From NCBI GenBank assembly GCA_039029775.1, contig JBCCFK010000001.1:1-45558 (forward strand): a DNA stretch of 45,558 nt, in the 5' to 3' direction. The translations under genes and the position numbers were made by a program. The number at the start of each line of letters is the position of its first letter. The first letter of the stretch is position 1. Positions 42,695 to 45,558 of this stretch are shown here, piece by piece. This stretch comes from Actinomycetota bacterium (GTDB lineage Bacteria; Actinomycetota; Acidimicrobiia; Acidimicrobiales; UBA8592). Under the pieces are notes generated by a model. That model was given only the letters and a program-made list of their open reading frames with translations. It was not told the origin of the DNA and made no database searches.

Positions 42695-44098
42695 ATGACC
42701 GACAGCTTCGACGTCGACTACCTCGTCATCGGTGCGGGGGCCATGGGGATGGCCTTCACCGATGTGATCCTGACCGAGAGCGACGCCACCGTCGCGCTGG
42801 TCGACCGCCGGCCGAGGCCCGGTGGGCACTGGAACGACGCCTATCCGCATGTCCGGCTGCATCAGCCGTCGGCGTTCTACGGCGTGAACTCACGCGAGCT
42901 GGGGACCGAGGCGATCGACGCCTACGGCTGGAACGAGGGCCTAAGCGAGCTGGCGTCGGGTACCGAGGTCGTCGCCTACTTCGACCAGGTCCTGCGCCAG
43001 CAGTTCATGTCGACCGGTCGCGTGCAATGGTTCCCCCTGCACGAGCATCAGGGGGGCGGCGACATCCGCTCGATCGCCACGGGGGACGTGACGTCGATCT
43101 CGGCCCGCAAAGTGGTCGACGCCCGCTACATGAACGTCACCGTGCCGTCGGTGAAGGCGCCGGACTACGAGATCGGCGACGGCGTCACCTGCATTCCGCC
43201 GAACGGGTTGTCGCGGCCGGGCGTGTTGCCCGCCGAGTCCTTCGTGGTGATCGGCGGCGGCAAGACCGGGATGGACGCGTGCCTGTTCCTCATCGAGAAC
43301 GGCGTGCCCACCGACGACATCACCTGGATCCGGCCGCGGGACTCCTGGTGTCTCGACCGGGCCCGGATCCAACCCGGCCAGGACTTCTTCGAGTTGACCG
43401 TGGGCGGCCAGGCGTCGCAGCTCCAGGCGGTGGCGGAGTCCGAGAGCATTGCCGACATGTGGGAGCGCATCGAGGCCGAGGGCCTCTTGCTGCGCTTCGA
43501 TCCCGACGTGACGCCGACCATGTATCGCTGTGCCACGGTGAGCCAGGCCGAGCTCGCCGCACTCAAGACCGTGACCGACGTCGTTCGCATGGGCCGGGTC
43601 CAACGCATCACGGCAGACGAGATCGTCCTCGACCAGGGCACGATCCCGACCTCGCCGGGCACGGTGCACATCGACTGCTCGGCGGACGGTCTGGAGCGGC
43701 GGCCGATCGTGCCCGTTTTCGACGGCGACCGAATCACGCTGCAGACCGTGCGGACGTGTCAGCAGGTGTTCAGCGCGGCGTTCATCGGCCACGTCGAGGT
43801 GGCCTACGACGACGAGGCGCAGAAGAACGAGCTCGCCACGGTGGTGCCCCATCCCGACACCGACGAGGACTGGCTTCGGGTGACGCTCGGCGGCCTCCTC
43901 AACTCTGCGCGCTGGCGTGCGGACGCCGACCTCGGCGAGTGGCTCCGGGACGCCCGGCTCGACGCCTTCAGCTCGATCCGGTTCCCCGAAGGCGATGCGA
44001 TCCCGGCGGGCCACGCCGAGACGATGGCCCGCATCGAGGAACACGCCCTGCCCGCCGTCCTCAAGCTCCAGGAGTACGTCGCCGAGCTGGATCTGTGA
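42695..44098 (+). CDS. FAD/NAD(P)-binding oxidoreductase (flavin-containing monooxygenase-like)
   Basis: ORF 42695..44098. First dinucleotide motif: DYLVIGAGAMGMAF...DRRPRPGGHW. Second motif: FVVIGGGKTGMDACL. Confidence 0.8.
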   Translation: MTDSFDVDYLVIGAGAMGMAFTDVILTESDATVALVDRRPRPGGHWNDAYPHVRLHQPSAFYGVNSRELGTEAIDAYGWNEGLSELASGTEVVAYFDQVLRQQFMSTGRVQWFPLHEHQGGGDIRSIATGDVTSISARKVVDARYMNVTVPSVKAPDYEIGDGVTCIPPNGLSRPGVLPAESFVVIGGGKTGMDACLFLIENGVPTDDITWIRPRDSWCLDRARIQPGQDFFELTVGGQASQLQAVAESESIADMWERIEAEGLLLRFDPDVTPTMYRCATVSQAELAALKTVTDVVRMGRVQRITADEIVLDQGTIPTSPGTVHIDCSADGLERRPIVPVFDGDRITLQTVRTCQQVFSAAFIGHVEVAYDDEAQKNELATVVPHPDTDEDWLRVTLGGLLNSARWRADADLGEWLRDARLDAFSSIRFPEGDAIPAGHAETMARIEEHALPAVLKLQEYVAELDL

Positions 44099-44134
44099 AC
44101 CAAAACCGGCGGCGCGATTTGGGTTCACAGATCC
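44089..44134 (+). terminator. 13-bp perfect inverted repeat GGATCTGTGAACC / GGTTCACAGATCC (20-nt loop) overlapping the stop codon at 44096-44098
   Basis: Read directly from the sequence. The 5' arm contains the last codons and the TGA of the flavoprotein gene. It could be a terminator or a palindromic operator for the downstream cupin gene. Confidence 0.45.
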
Positions 44135-44221
44135 TGTCTCGAGGGGTCACGCCTGGGCGACACGGCGCGGCTGACGGCGAAGTGGCACGCTCGTAGGACG
44201 CACGCGCCACTGGAGGGCCCC

Positions 44222-44740
44222 ATGACCGACACCGTCGAATCCGCCATCGAACCCGGACCGATCCCGATGCACGGCCTGACCGAGGCCCTGCACATCGGCG
44301 AGGACGAGCTGCCCCACGTGGACATCGGCGACGGGAGCACCCTGCAGCTCCTGCAGGTCGATCTCAACGTCGGGCTCTGGGTGATCCGGGCCCGATTCCA
44401 ACCCGGGTACCAGGTGACGAAGCACTACCACACGGGTCAGGTGTTCGCCGTCACGCTGTCCGGCTCCTGGTACTACCTCGAGTACCCGGACTACGTGAAC
44501 CGGAAGGGCTCCTACCTCTACGAGCCAGCGCACTCGGTCCACACCCTGAAGGTGAGCGACGACAACGAGGACGTGACCGACGTCTGGTTCGCGATCTATG
44601 GCGCGAACGTGAACGTCGACGAGCACGGGAACGTGGTCGGCATCACCGATGCCCAGTCCGTGCTCGCCGCGTATCGCGGGCTGTGTGCCGCGCAGGGTCT
44701 CGACCACTCGAAGGTGATCGTGATGGGGGAGCCGTCCTGA
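44222..44740 (+). CDS. Cupin, 2,4'-dihydroxyacetophenone dioxygenase-like family
   Basis: ORF 44222..44740: ...LQLLQVDLNVGLWVIRARFQPGYQVTKHYHTGQVFAVTLSGSWYYLEY...GSYLYEPAHSVHTL (cupin His ligands). Confidence 0.8.
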   Translation: MTDTVESAIEPGPIPMHGLTEALHIGEDELPHVDIGDGSTLQLLQVDLNVGLWVIRARFQPGYQVTKHYHTGQVFAVTLSGSWYYLEYPDYVNRKGSYLYEPAHSVHTLKVSDDNEDVTDVWFAIYGANVNVDEHGNVVGITDAQSVLAAYRGLCAAQGLDHSKVIVMGEPS

Positions 44741-44757
44741 CCGAGGTGCCCTCGTCG

Positions 44758-45558
44758 ATGCGAAGCGTCCTCATCCGAGGGGGCGCCATCGTGGTGGAGG
44801 ACCAGCCGGTCCCCCAGCCCGGACCCGGCCAGGTCCTCGTCCGCAGTCGCGCGTGCGGCATCTGTGGATCGGACCTCCACATGGTCCGGCACCACGACGA
44901 GATGTTCGAGATGCGGAAGCGGACGGGTCGCGTCGGCGCAGACGAGACCGAGGCCCCGCCCATCTTCCTCGGACACGAACTCGCCGGGGAGGTCGCCGCG
45001 CTCGGGCCTGGCGCGGACCGCCACGCCGTGGGCACCCGTGTCGCGTCGGTGCCGTTCGTGATGGGCCCCGACGGCGAGATGGTCGGTGTGGGAACGACGG
45101 AGTCGGTCTACGGCGCATTCTCCGAGTACTTCGTATTGAACGAGGCGACCCTCATCCCGGTGCCCGATGCCGTCCCCGACGAAGCGGTCGCGCTGGCGGA
45201 GCCGCTCGCCGTCGGGGTGCACGCCGTCGCCCGCGGTGAGGTCGGAGCCGACGATGCGGTGCTCGTGGTCGGTGCCGGGCCGGTGGGCCTCGCGGTGATC
45301 GCCGCGCTCAGGATGCGTGGCGTTGTCACGATCGTCGCCTCCGATCCCGTCGCGGGCCGCCGGGACATGGCGCTCGCCATGGGCGCCTCGGAGGTCACCG
45401 ATCCGGCGGGCGCCGTCGAGATGGAGCGGATCGCGGAGTTGGCCGGCGATTCGCGGGTCGTGATCATCGAGTGCGCCGGCGTGACGCCGTTGATTGCCTC
45501 GATCATCGAGCGTGCGCCGGCGAAGGCGTGCGTGGTGTTCGCGGGCGTCCACACCGCG
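44758..45558 (+). CDS. Zinc-binding medium-chain alcohol dehydrogenase/reductase (partial; the 3' end runs off the window)
   Basis: The plus frame is open from the ATG at 44758 to the window end, so it is not in the ORF track. My translation: MRSVLIRGGAIVVEDQPVPQPGPGQVLVRSRACGICGSDLH...LGHELAGEV...LAEPLAVGVHAV...VLVVGAGPVGLAVIAA (GxGxxG). Confidence 0.88.
   Translation, partial: MRSVLIRGGAIVVEDQPVPQPGPGQVLVRSRACGICGSDLHMVRHHDEMFEMRKRTGRVGADETEAPPIFLGHELAGEVAALGPGADRHAVGTRVASVPFVMGPDGEMVGVGTTESVYGAFSEYFVLNEATLIPVPDAVPDEAVALAEPLAVGVHAVARGEVGADDAVLVVGAGPVGLAVIAALRMRGVVTIVASDPVAGRRDMALAMGASEVTDPAGAVEMERIAELAGDSRVVIIECAGVTPLIASIIERAPAKACVVFAGVHTA

Noticed and set aside
1-45558. Search for mobile elements, defence systems, CRISPR arrays, tRNA/rRNA genes and prophage genes
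   Set aside because: No transposase/integrase/recombinase motifs, no regularly spaced repeats, no tRNA-like cloverleaf candidates in the intergenic gaps (all 285 bp or shorter), and no nuclease/ATPase/methylase-type defence genes could be recognised. All sizeable ORFs are accounted for by metabolic, transport or regulatory families.

Overview
High-GC (about 70%) and densely packed window. It is almost certainly a chromosomal metabolic region of an Actinomycetota genome: there are many F420-type PPOX and LLM enzymes, GTG/TTG starts are frequent, and many neighbouring genes overlap by 4 nt (GTGA/ATGA). I support 51 protein-coding genes, two of them truncated by the window edges. They cover several functional groups. 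CoA-ester and beta-oxidation-like enzymes: 4 crotonase-family proteins, an acyl-CoA dehydrogenase, a thiolase, a thioesterase and an HSD10-like SDR. Oxygenases: a P450, a TauD-like enzyme, an IPNS-like 2OG oxygenase, a flavin monooxygenase-like protein, a DAD-type cupin, an HPPD-like protein and a phenylalanine hydroxylase. Also present are cytochrome bd oxidase (cydAB), several transporters (2 MFS, APC, EamA) and many one-component regulators (5 TetR, 2 Lrp/AsnC, 1 AraC). I recognise no rRNA, tRNA, CRISPR array, transposase, integrase or phage gene. The most interesting feature is a minus-strand gene at 38820-39338 that the ORF track cuts at an in-frame TGA (39060-39062). The same frame continues for 79 more codons with very high GC3. 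The TGA sits in the context GD-U-GSCSSC and is followed by a SECIS-like hairpin. I therefore call it a candidate UGSC-type selenoprotein. It is the last gene of a tightly coupled, functionally uncharacterised operon (LbH/gamma-CA-like, F420-type LLM oxidoreductase, 352-aa conserved hypothetical, selenoprotein) that faces a divergent TetR regulator. Other points worth a second look: two separate modules pairing an Lrp/AsnC regulator with an aromatic amino acid gene (a phenylalanine hydroxylase with a shikimate-kinase-like gene and no pterin dehydratase; a one-domain HPPD-like dioxygenase); a translationally coupled trio of 2OG oxygenase, DHDPS-like aldolase and OYE reductase; clear operator-like palindromes in TetR intergenic regions; a small lower-GC islet; and several long perfect inverted repeats.
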